Both the position numbers and the translations under genes were made by a program. From Trypanosoma brucei (taxonomy: Eukaryota), in contig CM000208.1 in assembly GCA_000002445.1 (NCBI GenBank), forward strand, positions 1,408,001 through 1,472,000: 64,000 nucleotides of DNA, written 5' to 3'. A model generated the notes under the pieces. The model did not search any database, was not told the DNA's origin, and worked only from the letters and a program-made list of their open reading frames with translations. This document shows, piece by piece, positions 1 through 10,304 of the stretch (position 1 is its first letter; every line of letters starts with the position of its first letter).

Positions 1-1062
1 TTTCATGTATGGTGTGCTACCTTCGGTTTAAGAATCTTGATGCTCATTGCCATCCGAATGACTCCCAATGTCTGTGCGGACGACACATCCTAACAAGGGA
101 AACACGTTGTTATTTTCCCCTTTTAGGTTTGTTTAATTTGGGACCTTGGATCTCGAAACTCTAGGAGGACTTTTTGAGCTCAAGTTTTATGCGAATGTGG
201 TGATCTAAACACGCTTTGTTATCCTGTAGATGGGGGTATGGTATCGGTGAACTTGTGAAGAAATGGATTCAGTAACGGGGGTGAAGCGCCAGTTACGTTC
301 CCGTGTGTGTTCACGAAGAGAGACTTACTGTGGCCTGTGTAGAAGAAGCGGGTACATTAATCCTTCCTATCCTTCTCTACAGGGGCTTCATCGAAACTTT
401 GTGATACATTTAGTGTCTTCCCGTGTCTTTTCGGTAGCTACCGCATCGGTTGAGGTGTCGTTTCTGCTGCCTTGCGTATGGATAACGATAAAACGGTTTC
501 GTGAGGGGTGACGAGGAAGTATGTATTATGGATGCGAGTCCTTGTACCAAATACGGCCGAAAACGTTACTTCAGCTTTAGGAGGGTAATACTTGTCTTCA
601 AAGGTTCCCTTTCGTCTTTAGCACGCAACCAGTGATTTCCTCCCCAAGTTTTCACAGCGTGTTTTTGGAGCGTGGGCCCACTGACGCCCCGGGTCGAGTG
701 TAGTGCAGCGTACAGAAAGTGATTTACCGCTGTGTTGTTATTGCGTCACTATTGACTTCCTTTGGTTTTGGAACTGAGTCCCTTCCCCTTTAAATTAAAA
801 AAAGAAGTTTAGGTCTTACATTCTACGACCCCCAAAGGCAATTTCTTTGGTGTCCACTACGCTGTCATTCCGTCTTCTCACTTCTCACCGTGCACATATA
901 TGGATACAAACCCTCTTCTTGCCTAGGTAAAAAGGAAAGACGCGCGGCGAGGTCAGTTTTTTTTGTTGTTGTTCTTTCTCACAGGAGGGGCGAAAGAGAC
1001 AACAAACCGAAAAAAGTGTAACAGTACATTAGCGGTGTACGGAGCTACTTTGTTAAGATCAA

Positions 1063-1761
1063 ATGTACCCACTCCTCGTGTGCGCTGACCTGTACGGGGA
1101 GAAATACAATTTGGAGGTAAGGTTCCCTTCAAAACCGACCATAGAAGATCTCCAGAAGAGAATAGTTACTGTGTTTTCTACAGAAATGGACTCCCGGCGA
1201 CCAGAGGGGTACCCTGAGGCGGACTTTAGCATTGCATTAGTTCACATTTACGACGATAAATCTCAACAATGGGAGAAACTTCTTAGTGACGCGCAGCTGC
1301 ATGAATATGACCAACTCTACGTATTCCAGCCCCAGACAAGGTGGCATATGGACGTCCAAAAGAATCTTCCCCCTCCCACAACTCCTTCAAAAGACCATAG
1401 AACTGCTACACCTCATTCGATATGCAAATCACCACAATCAAAAGGTTGTGATGACGTATACTCTTTTTCACAGAATTGTGAAGCAACTGTAACAGCGAAA
1501 ACACGGTTGGAGGAGCAGCGGCGACGCGAACGAGTGCTCAGAGAAGAGTTATTTCGTGTCAGAGAGGAAACGGAACGGCTGGAGCGAGAGGCTGCGTTGG
1601 AGCTATCGCGGAAGCGTTTGCTCAAATGGCAGGTAATGTACACAAGTACTTCACACAAAGAGACAAGTGGTATTTACATGGCTAGTATGTGTAATTATCC
1701 ACCACTGGGAGAATGTCTTTACACCGTCGATGCGCCAAAACCTGTTTCGCCTGGCCGCTAG
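1063..1761 (+). CDS. hypothetical protein with C-terminal coiled-coil (RRRERVLREELFRVREETERLEREAALE)
   Basis: ATG at 1063 checked in sequence. The 232-aa ORF has coding-like composition and sits on the same strand as the downstream genes. I do not recognise the N-terminal domain. Confidence 0.45.
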   Translation: MYPLLVCADLYGEKYNLEVRFPSKPTIEDLQKRIVTVFSTEMDSRRPEGYPEADFSIALVHIYDDKSQQWEKLLSDAQLHEYDQLYVFQPQTRWHMDVQKNLPPPTTPSKDHRTATPHSICKSPQSKGCDDVYSFSQNCEATVTAKTRLEEQRRRERVLREELFRVREETERLEREAALELSRKRLLKWQVMYTSTSHKETSGIYMASMCNYPPLGECLYTVDAPKPVSPGR

Positions 1762-2360
1762 CAACAGCGGGTGTATCTGTGTATCCCGTTCCGTTGTGAC
1801 GAAAACCCCAACTGGCTCTGCTGGAGGTGCTCATACAATGAGGGAAATGTGCACCAACCATGTGCAGATGTACGACGTGGTAATGTCCACCGTTTATGAA
1901 AAAGATGTTTAATTTTTTCCGTTCGGTTATGTTCGTTGTACGTGTTATGATTTTGTCGTATATTCTCTTGTTTACGCGCGATGCTGCTCATCAACCTCTC
2001 ACTGTCTGACAGCAACCCTTGGGTAAATGGAACAATATCCCCGAAACATCCCAAGGCTGTCTTAATTGTCTTAATTTCCTCTGTCTTGAATATAATTTCC
2101 TCTTTATGGTGTTATTGCCGTTTTAGTTGCTTTTCTCCAGAATTTGCCGTTAAGGAATTCGCTCCCTACTAAGGGTGCCAATATTCATATATGTCTCTTT
2201 GTTTTTGTTTTGCATTTGCGCTGTTGCGCCTGCAGTGCGCTTCTGTGATCGCACAGATACCTCTTCTTTCTGCACCCACTGAATTCTTTTGCCTCACGTA
2301 GTTTTTATTGGAAGGAACCGATTCGACCGTGAGAGCATCTCCGGTAACACCGTAATAGGA

Positions 2361-3368
2361 ATGCGAGGTCTAATAAAATCATTTAGCGGACGTTCAGCAC
2401 CCACAATCTCAACCGTCACTTTGCGGGCAAGCATATGCCACCCTGCGGGACCCCTTGCCGTTCCTAGCCGATTGCAGTCAACGTCTCCGATGGAGCAACT
2501 GATCATTAACGGCGCCGCATGGGAAAGCAGCAATTATTATCACAGACTTGGGTTTCAGGAGGCGGTACGGGACAGCAGCAGAATTAAGGAGCATTATCAC
2601 ATTCTAGCGAAGCACTTTCATCCCGACAACCCCAATGCACCACCCAACGCAACAGCGGCGTTTCAGAATATAAAGGAGGCATATGATCATCTCATGGAAG
2701 AAGTCAAAGATGAGGTTCCAAAAAGTCATCCGCACACAGGACATTCATATCGTTTTACCGACCACGAACGGCGGCAACAACAAATGCGTTTCCTAGGTGA
2801 AGGCATTGGCCTTTTTATGGCCATGACACTTGTTTTCATTTTTATTGTTTCGCGTCACAACAGTAACCGTGTCGAAGGACGCTACCTTGGCCATTTCGCC
2901 ATAATCTTTTTGACTATACAAGTATTCCCACGGCTTCTGGCGGCTGCGATTCTTTATGCCTGTCACTCGAACTATTTGGTAAGTATTGCTGAGCGCACGG
3001 AGCAGGCTGCGGTAAGTCTCATTGTGGAACAGCGGGAAAGCCATCTCGCCATACGTGCGGAAGGCATCGACAAAAGGGTGCGGGACCGTGTGGTTATGCA
3101 GGTGACGTATCCTCACAATGACGAACCTCGAAGGCACACCGAGGAGGGCAGTAAAGATAATGAAAATAACAATAAGAAGGAAACAGATACGAGGAAGGGT
3201 AATTTGGGAACCTCACCGCGAGTGCTCACTACAGTAACATTTGACTCAGGTGTAACGCAAGTTATTGTCCCTGCAACGCGTGCCGGCCGTGAACCTGCGG
3301 AGTGCCGCGTGAAGGTTGTGGATGAGGCGAGAGGTTTTGTTATTGTCGACCGTACATTTGAGATCTGA
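2361..3368 (+). CDS. DnaJ (J-domain) membrane protein, possibly mitochondrial
   Basis: J-domain signature: YYHRLGF...IKEHYHILAKHFHPDNPNAPPNATAAFQNIKEAYDHLMEE (HPD motif). It is followed by hydrophobic segments (FLGEGIGLFMAMTLVFIFIV; FAIIFLTIQVFPRLLAAAILYA). The track ORF starts at TTG 2289. The first in-frame ATG is at 2361 (MRGLIKSFSGRSAPTISTVTLRAS..., an R/S/T-rich presequence-like N-terminus); an alternative ATG lies at 2490. Confidence 0.7.
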   Translation: MRGLIKSFSGRSAPTISTVTLRASICHPAGPLAVPSRLQSTSPMEQLIINGAAWESSNYYHRLGFQEAVRDSSRIKEHYHILAKHFHPDNPNAPPNATAAFQNIKEAYDHLMEEVKDEVPKSHPHTGHSYRFTDHERRQQQMRFLGEGIGLFMAMTLVFIFIVSRHNSNRVEGRYLGHFAIIFLTIQVFPRLLAAAILYACHSNYLVSIAERTEQAAVSLIVEQRESHLAIRAEGIDKRVRDRVVMQVTYPHNDEPRRHTEEGSKDNENNNKKETDTRKGNLGTSPRVLTTVTFDSGVTQVIVPATRAGREPAECRVKVVDEARGFVIVDRTFEI

Positions 3369-3397
3369 TTTGTCGGGGTGCTTGTATCATTATTGGC

Positions 3398-3400
<3 letters not shown>

Positions 3401-3430
<30 letters not shown>
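3401..3430. repeat. (TA)15 dinucleotide microsatellite in the 3' flank of the J-protein gene
   Basis: Read directly: tatatatatatatatatatatatatatata. Similar (TA)n tracts occur near 3595-3612, 20350-20366, 30093-30110, 40141-40156, 58166-58182 and 61064-61078. Confidence 0.9.
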
Positions 3431-3433
<3 letters not shown>

Positions 3434-3775
3434 TGCGCATTGGAGACGCCTGCGCTGTAGTGTCTTCGGAGAGAAATTGTTTTTAAACGCTTAACGAACG
3501 TTCGTGCATGTCGCCGCTGTTAACACAACCGCATGTATATTTTGTGGCGTCTCCGCACACGTCGCTTGTGGTAGACCATTATATTGTGCAACTTTATATA
3601 TATATATATATTGGGTAACCGCGGTTATAGTAACACTAAATCGTACCTTTTTTTAAAAAAAAGTTCTGTCACATCCGTCTCCAATCTTGTTATTTTATTT
3701 TTGGCGGCAAAGACTATGAGGGAAATCGTGGTGGGCGAAGGGCGGAAACAAGCGAGGAAGGAGATGTAACTTCCG

Positions 3776-3950
3776 CTTTATTTTGGTTTCAGTTCTGTTT
3801 GGCCGTTGGTCATCTCATCCCACCATTGGCGGTGGTTTTGTCTTCTGTATTTCTTCTCTAATATGCGTTGCTTCTCCCTTTTTTGTTTTCTTCTTTATTT
3901 CATCACATACGTCTTCCTCTTCCATTGCGATCCGCATTTACTCACATCGA
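3776..3950 (+). promoter_or_regulatory. long polypyrimidine tract: candidate trans-splicing/polyadenylation signal region upstream of the NAA15-like gene
   Basis: About 175 nt, over 80% C/T on the coding strand (cttccgctttattttggtttcagttctgtttggcc...ttcttctttatttcatc), about 560 nt upstream of the ATG at 4517. In kinetoplastids, polypyrimidine tracts direct spliced-leader addition and upstream polyadenylation (established knowledge). Confidence 0.5.
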
Positions 3951-4516
3951 CGGGAAAGTGGCTAACGTTGGCGTGTTATCTCACGTGACTAACCGTGTGA
4001 CACACGAGACCCAACAAGAGCAGCGGTAAAAGTTATTGACACAGCTCGACCAAAATCAAGAAAAACAAACGACCACGTGTGAAAGGTAAAACAAAAAAAA
4101 AGATAATAATAACGAAGAAAAAAGGAAAAAAAAATAGGGAAAAGGAATATTTTTCCCGGTTCTGATCACACTCTAGCGAGTCTTTTCCTCTCGGTGTTGT
4201 ATCCGGTGGCACAAACACGCAAAAAAGAAGTTAAAAATAAATAAAAATAAAGCCAAGGGTGGAATCCTGGGAGCGGAGAAGTCGTTAAAAAAATAATTCT
4301 TGAATAATTACAGTAACTTGTCACATCGACAAAAGGAAACGAAAGAGAAAAATAGGAGGAAAAGAGGAGTTGATACGGTAACAACAACAGTAAAGGGAAG
4401 GCAGATAAGTGGGATCAGTAAACAACCATCAAACACCGGCAACTGCTGTGATAGGCGAGTGTAACCACTAAAACAAGAAGAAAAAAAAGGGAAATTTCTA
4501 CACTTGTTGAGTGGCA

Positions 4517-6652
4517 ATGGCTACAACCTTGCCTTTACAGCAACAGCGACTCTTTGACAAACTCGCGCGCGATTTCGATGCACGGGAATATGCAAAGGGC
4601 CTGCGCACAGCCGACAGCATTCTGTCCGTCGTCCCCAACCACGCGGACACCCTCGCACTGAAGGGGTTGACGTTGCACCACATGGGTCGTAAGGAAGAGG
4701 GACGTGAAATCATCGAAAGCGCCCTCGGTTTCAACGATACTTCCACAGTTGTGTGGCATTCGCTCGGGATGTGCCACCGCGCAGATGATAATCACGTGGA
4801 GGCGCTGCATGCGTTCCAGAAGGCACACGAATACGGCCCATCGAACGTAAACGTTCTACGAGATATTTCATCAATCTGTGTACAATTGAGGGAGTGGGAG
4901 CAATTCGTGGACGTTCGCAGAAAGATGGTGACCTTAAGACCAGGCGTCCGCGCCAACTGGATTGCACTATCCTGTGGCCATCGCATGCTTGGAAACAAGG
5001 AATTGGCGGCTGCTGTGATAGACGTTATGACTACTATAATGGAAGCAGGAGATAACAGGGCGGAGAAGAGCGAAGTGCGCCTCTATCAGGTGGAACTAGA
5101 GTTGGCTTGTAATGCGCCTGCCCGAGCATTGGATCTACTGAAGAAACACAGCCAGGAGATCATCGATGAATACGAAAAGGCGTCTCTTCGCGCCAAAACT
5201 CACGCACTTCTCGGGCAAAAGGTGGAAGCTGAGAAATGGTACATGGAGCTCATCACCAGAGGAATGGCGGAGGCGGATTGCGTTGCCGCGATTGCCCAAT
5301 TGCGCAAGATTCCTCTTGACGCAGCCCGACGTCCAAAGCGTGATGTGGATAAATACCTAGAACTTCTTAAACAAGTTCAGGAAGTAAACCCCAAGAGTAA
5401 CTACGCCAAACGGCAGGTCCTGGAATGTGTGCCTATCGAGCAGTTCAGGGACCAACTTCGTGAATACGCGGGGATGTTCATAGTGAAAACCATTCCCTCG
5501 CTTTTCAGTGTTCTCAAATCACTTTATCAGTGTCCTGATCGCACACAGCATATTGGTGAGGTGTTCCATCAATGGGAAGAGGAACTCATGGCGGGAGATT
5601 TCTCAAGCTTCGGTGGAAAGAAAGATCCTACTTTTATTTTGTGGGTTTGGATGTATTTGGCTTCCCACTATTGCCGTATACGTGAGTTTGGACGGGCTTT
5701 GGAGTATATTGGCCGCGCCATCGACCACACACCAACGTTTGACCTTTTGTACCTCATGAAGGCGAAAATACAAGCGAAGAACAACCAGTTGGACGAAGCT
5801 GCGAAAACGGCCGATATGGCACGCCGGTTGGACCTACAAGACAAGTACCTCAACGGAAAGGCTGCCAAGTACTTCTTCCGCGCCAATAAGATTAGGGAGG
5901 GGGAAGCACTAATGCAAATGTTCTACAAGACCACTGAGGTACCTGACGATACATACCTTACTGCGCTGGAATCCCAGTGCGCATGGTATGAAAGAGAGGT
6001 AGGGGATGCGTATTATCGAATGGGTGACTACATCTCTGCACTATCAAATTACCTGATGTGCGAGAGCCACCACCAACGTAATCACAATGAATTGTCCGAG
6101 TTTCACAACTATGTATTTCGTAGGTGCACGATGAGGGCCTGGTTTAACGTGATCGCCTGTGACGACAACCTCGAAGAAAACAAATTCTTTCAGAAACTGT
6201 GCCCCCGTATCGTTAGGACATATATGAAGATTCATGAGGAAGGTGAGGAGGCTGTGCGAGCCAAATATGCTCCTAGACCAGAAGTGGGTAAGTATAGCGA
6301 TGTGGAGGAAGGAAAGCGTATCGCAAACCTGAGACGTACATTCTACTTGCACAACGTAGACATCTCCGATCCTCTCAAGAAAGCAGGGCGATATCTTCAG
6401 GCGTCCCTTCTGCACAATGCGCTGTCATCGGAGGTGCACCTCCTAGCAGTTGAGTTCTACACAATGTGCCGAATGCCCTTTCTCGTGGCACGTGAGTTGT
6501 TGATTTTGGCTAAGTTGAAATGTCCGTCGACGAATGAGCTTGTTACTCAGTTCGAAAACAACCTGTTTCGTGAAATGGCATCCAGCATGGATCCACGGGT
6601 GGAGTCCATAATCAAGGAAACGCTTACTACCGCTTTGGAAAAACTGAATTAA
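4517..6652 (+). CDS. NAA15: N-alpha-acetyltransferase NatA auxiliary (TPR) subunit, NAA15/Nat1-like
   Basis: The N-terminus aligns closely with NAA15: LFDKLARDFDAREYAKGL...ADTLALKGLTLHHMGRKEEGREI...VWHSLGMCHRADDNHVEALHAFQKAHEY...NVLRDISSICVQLREWEQFVDVRRKMVTLRP. TPR-like repeats run throughout the 711 aa. The track ORF starts at GTG 4511; the real ATG is at 4517. Confidence 0.85.
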   Translation: MATTLPLQQQRLFDKLARDFDAREYAKGLRTADSILSVVPNHADTLALKGLTLHHMGRKEEGREIIESALGFNDTSTVVWHSLGMCHRADDNHVEALHAFQKAHEYGPSNVNVLRDISSICVQLREWEQFVDVRRKMVTLRPGVRANWIALSCGHRMLGNKELAAAVIDVMTTIMEAGDNRAEKSEVRLYQVELELACNAPARALDLLKKHSQEIIDEYEKASLRAKTHALLGQKVEAEKWYMELITRGMAEADCVAAIAQLRKIPLDAARRPKRDVDKYLELLKQVQEVNPKSNYAKRQVLECVPIEQFRDQLREYAGMFIVKTIPSLFSVLKSLYQCPDRTQHIGEVFHQWEEELMAGDFSSFGGKKDPTFILWVWMYLASHYCRIREFGRALEYIGRAIDHTPTFDLLYLMKAKIQAKNNQLDEAAKTADMARRLDLQDKYLNGKAAKYFFRANKIREGEALMQMFYKTTEVPDDTYLTALESQCAWYEREVGDAYYRMGDYISALSNYLMCESHHQRNHNELSEFHNYVFRRCTMRAWFNVIACDDNLEENKFFQKLCPRIVRTYMKIHEEGEEAVRAKYAPRPEVGKYSDVEEGKRIANLRRTFYLHNVDISDPLKKAGRYLQASLLHNALSSEVHLLAVEFYTMCRMPFLVARELLILAKLKCPSTNELVTQFENNLFREMASSMDPRVESIIKETLTTALEKLN

Positions 6653-7531
6653 CCGAAGCGGGGTGTTTCACACTACTGCACACAAGCAGGTTTCCCGCTC
6701 AGCTCGCAAGGGGGAATAGGGTAGTGGAGGTGTCGTCATACAAAAACAGATGTGAGGGTGAGATAAACGTACCGAGTAATGGATGTAAGGGAAGGGGATG
6801 GCTCAAATGCAATATAACCCGATCACAACACAGACTGTGGTTGTTTCTGTGCAGCGTACACGTAGCGTGCATAAGGCCAGGTGAGTCCTCTACCGTTTTT
6901 CCAGGTAACGGCTCCCAACTTTCTCTCCCCACTTGTGTTTCCTTTGTGCTGAATCTTCTCTGGGTTACCTTTCATCGACTTCAGCTACATGGCCGCACTT
7001 CGTACTCCCTTATTCTATATACATAGTAGGCCAAGAACATTGAGTAGGCGCACGGTTTGTCCGACCGACCTAGCGAACGAAACAGGAAGGTAAAGCCAAA
7101 AACACATCAAAATAGCTGAGAATGTGTACATGTTATTATTTTTTTTCTTTTCACTGTATACGATAACGATGAAGTATCAGCAAACAAAGTGTATAAGACC
7201 TAGAGGATTTGCGGGGATCGCACACTGTGATGATGGCGTGTGCGGTGCCTAATGTGTCGCATTCGTACTACGAGGTTGTGCGTGTATGTGTGTGGGTAAT
7301 CATCCGCAATCTTTTACTGGAATCATTCTCACTGTTGCACGGGATGTAATATTTCATCTTCACTCCTTTGACTTATTGTTGTGGCAGAGGATGCTGAGGA
7401 GGATGTAGGAGTGCTCTTAAAGGAGATAGAGGAAGTGGAGAGGGTGTAGGTTGTTCTTGTTAATTGTATTTTAATATTAGTAATGTCTTGAGAGAAGTGT
7501 GTATTGTGTAGGTCTATGTATGTGTGTGTGT

Positions 7532-7540
7532 GGGGGGGGG
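7532..7540. repeat. G9 homopolymer within a GT-rich intergenic tract (7500-7560)
   Basis: gtgtgtgtgtggggggggg read directly. Other homopolymers: C11 at 17467-17477 followed by A12; C11 at 29978-29988; T9/C10 at 31873-31892; G14 at 40247-40260. Confidence 0.9.
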
Positions 7541-7800
7541 AGAGATTGTTGGTAGTTGGGAGAAGGGATAGAAAGAAGAAATGAGGGCTCTACGTAAAGT
7601 ACTTTGTGTCAGTGTTGTAGTTATAAATAATACCCGTCACTAAAGTCCGTTGCCACTCAGCGGAGTGCCGCGGGTCGTCGCGGCAGGGTCAATAACCATC
7701 ACCCAAATAACAGGATACCAAGCACCTAACTGGATTATTGAACGGAACGTGTATAAATAGGTATAAAGGAACGGATGCGTGGATCAGCTGCGGTAATATT

Positions 7801-7833
7801 CCACCCTCTCCTTTGTTCTTTGTTCTTTAAAGA
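7801..7833 (+). promoter_or_regulatory. polypyrimidine tract plus AG, likely spliced-leader acceptor for the ESAG6-like gene
   Basis: ccaccctctcctttgttctttgttctttaaag immediately upstream of the ATG at 7846, implying a very short 5'UTR. Confidence 0.5.
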
Positions 7834-7845
7834 AGGGTCGGACCT

Positions 7846-9030
7846 ATGAAGGTGAATTGTTTTCTACCTTTGTTGCTGTCAGTCAGTTATTGCACTTTAG
7901 CCGACGATAGCGCGCTCACACTGAAGGCGGGGGAAAGTATCTGCAAACTGTCGAAAAGGTTGAAGTCAGTGTTCAAGTATGTAGACCGAAGAACGGATAT
8001 TGCCTTGGAAAAGATCTCCGATCTTGAGGATATGTTGGAAGTGGTGAAGTTTAAGATTGTGAAGGGAAGGTCGAATAATACGAATAGAGAGTGCAAGGAT
8101 GTCTCCGATTTTATTATGAGTAAAGCAACTTGGTTGATAAGAAAAGGGAGGAAGGAGGTTGATAGATTGAAATACGTGGGGCTTGCGGCAATTGGAAATG
8201 CGGGACTGGCGGCAGGGAGGTTAGATGAGATGGTCAATGTGTGGAGGAGGGTGTACAGTGCCGGTACTGGAAACTTTTGCATTGGGGATGAAGGGAATGA
8301 AACAAAGAGGACTGCACTTCCAGATTGCTATCTGACAGATTCGGAGAGGGATGACTTTACTGGGATTGATGAAGGGGACAGGTTAGAAGATATAAACAAT
8401 GTTACCGCTGATGCCTTTAATGAATTATTGGAGTTGCATACAGAGGATGATTTGTGGAGTAGCCCATTGACGAGTGGCATGGACGGTAAGGACTGCCGTC
8501 TAACAAATGCCAGGTCTGGCGGAGGTTACCTCGTCGGAGAGAGCCCATCTGGTAATTTGTTTTGGGGAGACGGGGTGCTTGGGGTGAAGAGGGGTAGCCG
8601 AGGGTATGACGGAAGGACGTCGAATGTAAGGAGCAAATTACTCATAAATGATGTAGTGTGGGAAGCAGACACTGTAGAGCATACCCCTATTATAAGGAAT
8701 GTACACGAAGACTTGCAAAATTTTTTTATCGACGCAGAAAAAATTGATGAATTGGTGGGGGAGACTGGGGATAAGTGGAATTGGGAGTTCTCTCATGAAA
8801 TTGGAAGTCACAGTGGTCATCCCTCAGAGTTTGATGATGAGGAGACTGACGATGTAGCGGACAACACATCGGCAGTGGAAGAGGCAGTAGGGAAGGCATT
8901 TGTGGGGTTGGGAAATAGGGAAGCGTTTCAGGAAGAGATGGTGTTGGAAGAGATGGCGTTGTGTGGAGAATGTAATATTTACACTTATTACCAGTTGTTT
9001 TTCTTAGTTTTCGTTCCTGTTTTTGTTTGA
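7846..9030 (+). CDS. transferrin-receptor-like surface protein, ESAG6-like (PAG-like), with C-terminal hydrophobic GPI-signal-like tail
   Basis: N-terminal signal peptide (MKVNCFLPLLLSVSYCTLA). It matches the ESAG6/7 family core remembered from T. brucei ESAG6 (AAGRLEEWIFVFAQ...FCI; ...WGGGV...). Here the corresponding motifs are LAAIGNAGLAAGRLDEMVNVWRRVYSAGTGNFCIGDEG and LFWGDGVLGV...VVWEADTVEHTP. The C-terminus ECNIYTYYQLFFLVFVPVFV is hydrophobic, as in GPI-anchored ESAG6. Confidence 0.8.
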   Translation: MKVNCFLPLLLSVSYCTLADDSALTLKAGESICKLSKRLKSVFKYVDRRTDIALEKISDLEDMLEVVKFKIVKGRSNNTNRECKDVSDFIMSKATWLIRKGRKEVDRLKYVGLAAIGNAGLAAGRLDEMVNVWRRVYSAGTGNFCIGDEGNETKRTALPDCYLTDSERDDFTGIDEGDRLEDINNVTADAFNELLELHTEDDLWSSPLTSGMDGKDCRLTNARSGGGYLVGESPSGNLFWGDGVLGVKRGSRGYDGRTSNVRSKLLINDVVWEADTVEHTPIIRNVHEDLQNFFIDAEKIDELVGETGDKWNWEFSHEIGSHSGHPSEFDDEETDDVADNTSAVEEAVGKAFVGLGNREAFQEEMVLEEMALCGECNIYTYYQLFFLVFVPVFV

Positions 9031-9140
9031 ATCAGTTTCACTTGTTTTGCATCACCGTAGACCAGGTGTCTTTAACATGTGTATATCTTCGGTGGTGGTG
9101 TGTTAGCCTTCCGTGCTGATTTTTTTTTTTGATAGTAGAG

Positions 9141-10304
9141 ATGCTCAAGTTTGTTCTTGTGTTAATACTGATTATTGTTGGTGGTGACTATTGTTATCGT
9201 GGTAACGCTGGGGTGGCTTTGAAGTTGCAAGCCGTGAAGTCCGTGTGCAGAGCATCGAAAAAGCTTAAATCGGTTTTTACATTTGTGAAGGACAAACTGG
9301 AAAAAGCGGATAGAAACTTTTACGAGGTGAAACTGCTGCAAAAGCTACTCCGCTTGAAGCTTCTAACGGAATGGACTAAAGGAGAAAAGTGCGGGACAAT
9401 GAGGGTTTTTCTTACCAACATAAGGGCGAAGGAGAGAAATATGCGACGGGAACTGTCAGCCTTATGGAAAATGGGGAGGAGAGTTGTGGGTGAGGCAGGG
9501 ATTGCAGCTGGGAGACTGGACGAAATGGTGAATGTGTTCGCACAGTCGTACGGCAACGAAAGTGAAACGAAAACGTGTATTGGGGGTACAAATGGCAGTC
9601 CTATGGAGGTTTTGAAAAGGTGCTACGCTAACAATTCCAAAACAGGGGAATGGGAGTTCCTCACAATTACAGAGGGGGGAGAACTGTTTGACAACGAGTT
9701 TGAGACAAACTTGGAGACCACGCTTCACGTTATGTTGTCGCTTGGGAATAGAGCCGATCCGTGGTATGACTATGGAAAGGATATGGGGTGTCAACTCACT
9801 AAAGGAGCCCCTGGGGGTGGGTACATGAAGAGCCATAACCTCACAGAGAACATCATTTGGGGTGATGGCATACTCGGGGTGAGCAAAAATGGAAATGGAA
9901 CTACCGGCTCCAAAGGAAACACGAGAGATGGGAAATATGCTCACGATGTCGTGTGGGAAGCAGAACCCACGAAAAATAATCCCACTCTCCGCAGGGTGAT
10001 CAAAGATTTTAGTGCATTCGAAGAATTATTTGCGAAGGTGGAGTCTTCCCACAAGCTGTTAATAGATGCATTTCTCCAGGAGAAATTGTTTGCTGAGGAA
10101 TTCGAGGCTCTTGCGGTTAGAACTAAGAAGAAAAGAGTGATCATTGGCGGTTCCACCTCCACCAAAAATAAGCAGAACAATGCCTTGGGGGGTAGTGGTG
10201 CCGGCGATGATAACGAAGTGAGTATGGAAGAGTGGTTGTCGCAAGTGGATGGGGGAATTGTAGAAGAGAGGTTGTTGGCGGAGGAAATGAAGGAGTGTAC
10301 GTAA
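9141..10304 (+). CDS. transferrin-receptor-like surface protein, ESAG7-like (PAG-like), lacking a C-terminal hydrophobic tail
   Basis: Paralogue of the preceding gene (GEAGIAAGRLDEMVNVFAQSYGNESETKTCIGG; IIWGDGILGV...DVVWEAEPTKNNPTLRRVIKDF). Signal peptide MLKFVLVLILIIVGG. The protein ends ...ERLLAEEMKECT with no hydrophobic GPI signal, the arrangement of ESAG7 relative to ESAG6. The track ORF starts at TTG 9129; the real ATG is at 9141, preceded by a T10 polypyrimidine tract and AG. Confidence 0.8.
   Translation: MLKFVLVLILIIVGGDYCYRGNAGVALKLQAVKSVCRASKKLKSVFTFVKDKLEKADRNFYEVKLLQKLLRLKLLTEWTKGEKCGTMRVFLTNIRAKERNMRRELSALWKMGRRVVGEAGIAAGRLDEMVNVFAQSYGNESETKTCIGGTNGSPMEVLKRCYANNSKTGEWEFLTITEGGELFDNEFETNLETTLHVMLSLGNRADPWYDYGKDMGCQLTKGAPGGGYMKSHNLTENIIWGDGILGVSKNGNGTTGSKGNTRDGKYAHDVVWEAEPTKNNPTLRRVIKDFSAFEELFAKVESSHKLLIDAFLQEKLFAEEFEALAVRTKKKRVIIGGSTSTKNKQNNALGGSGAGDDNEVSMEEWLSQVDGGIVEERLLAEEMKECT

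Noticed and set aside
6653-7845. Looked for procyclin (EP/GPEET) repeats or a Pol I promoter upstream of the PAG/ESAG6-7-like genes
   Set aside because: No GAGCCT-type EP repeats, and no sequence I can recognise as a Pol I promoter. The locus does not look like a canonical procyclin locus.
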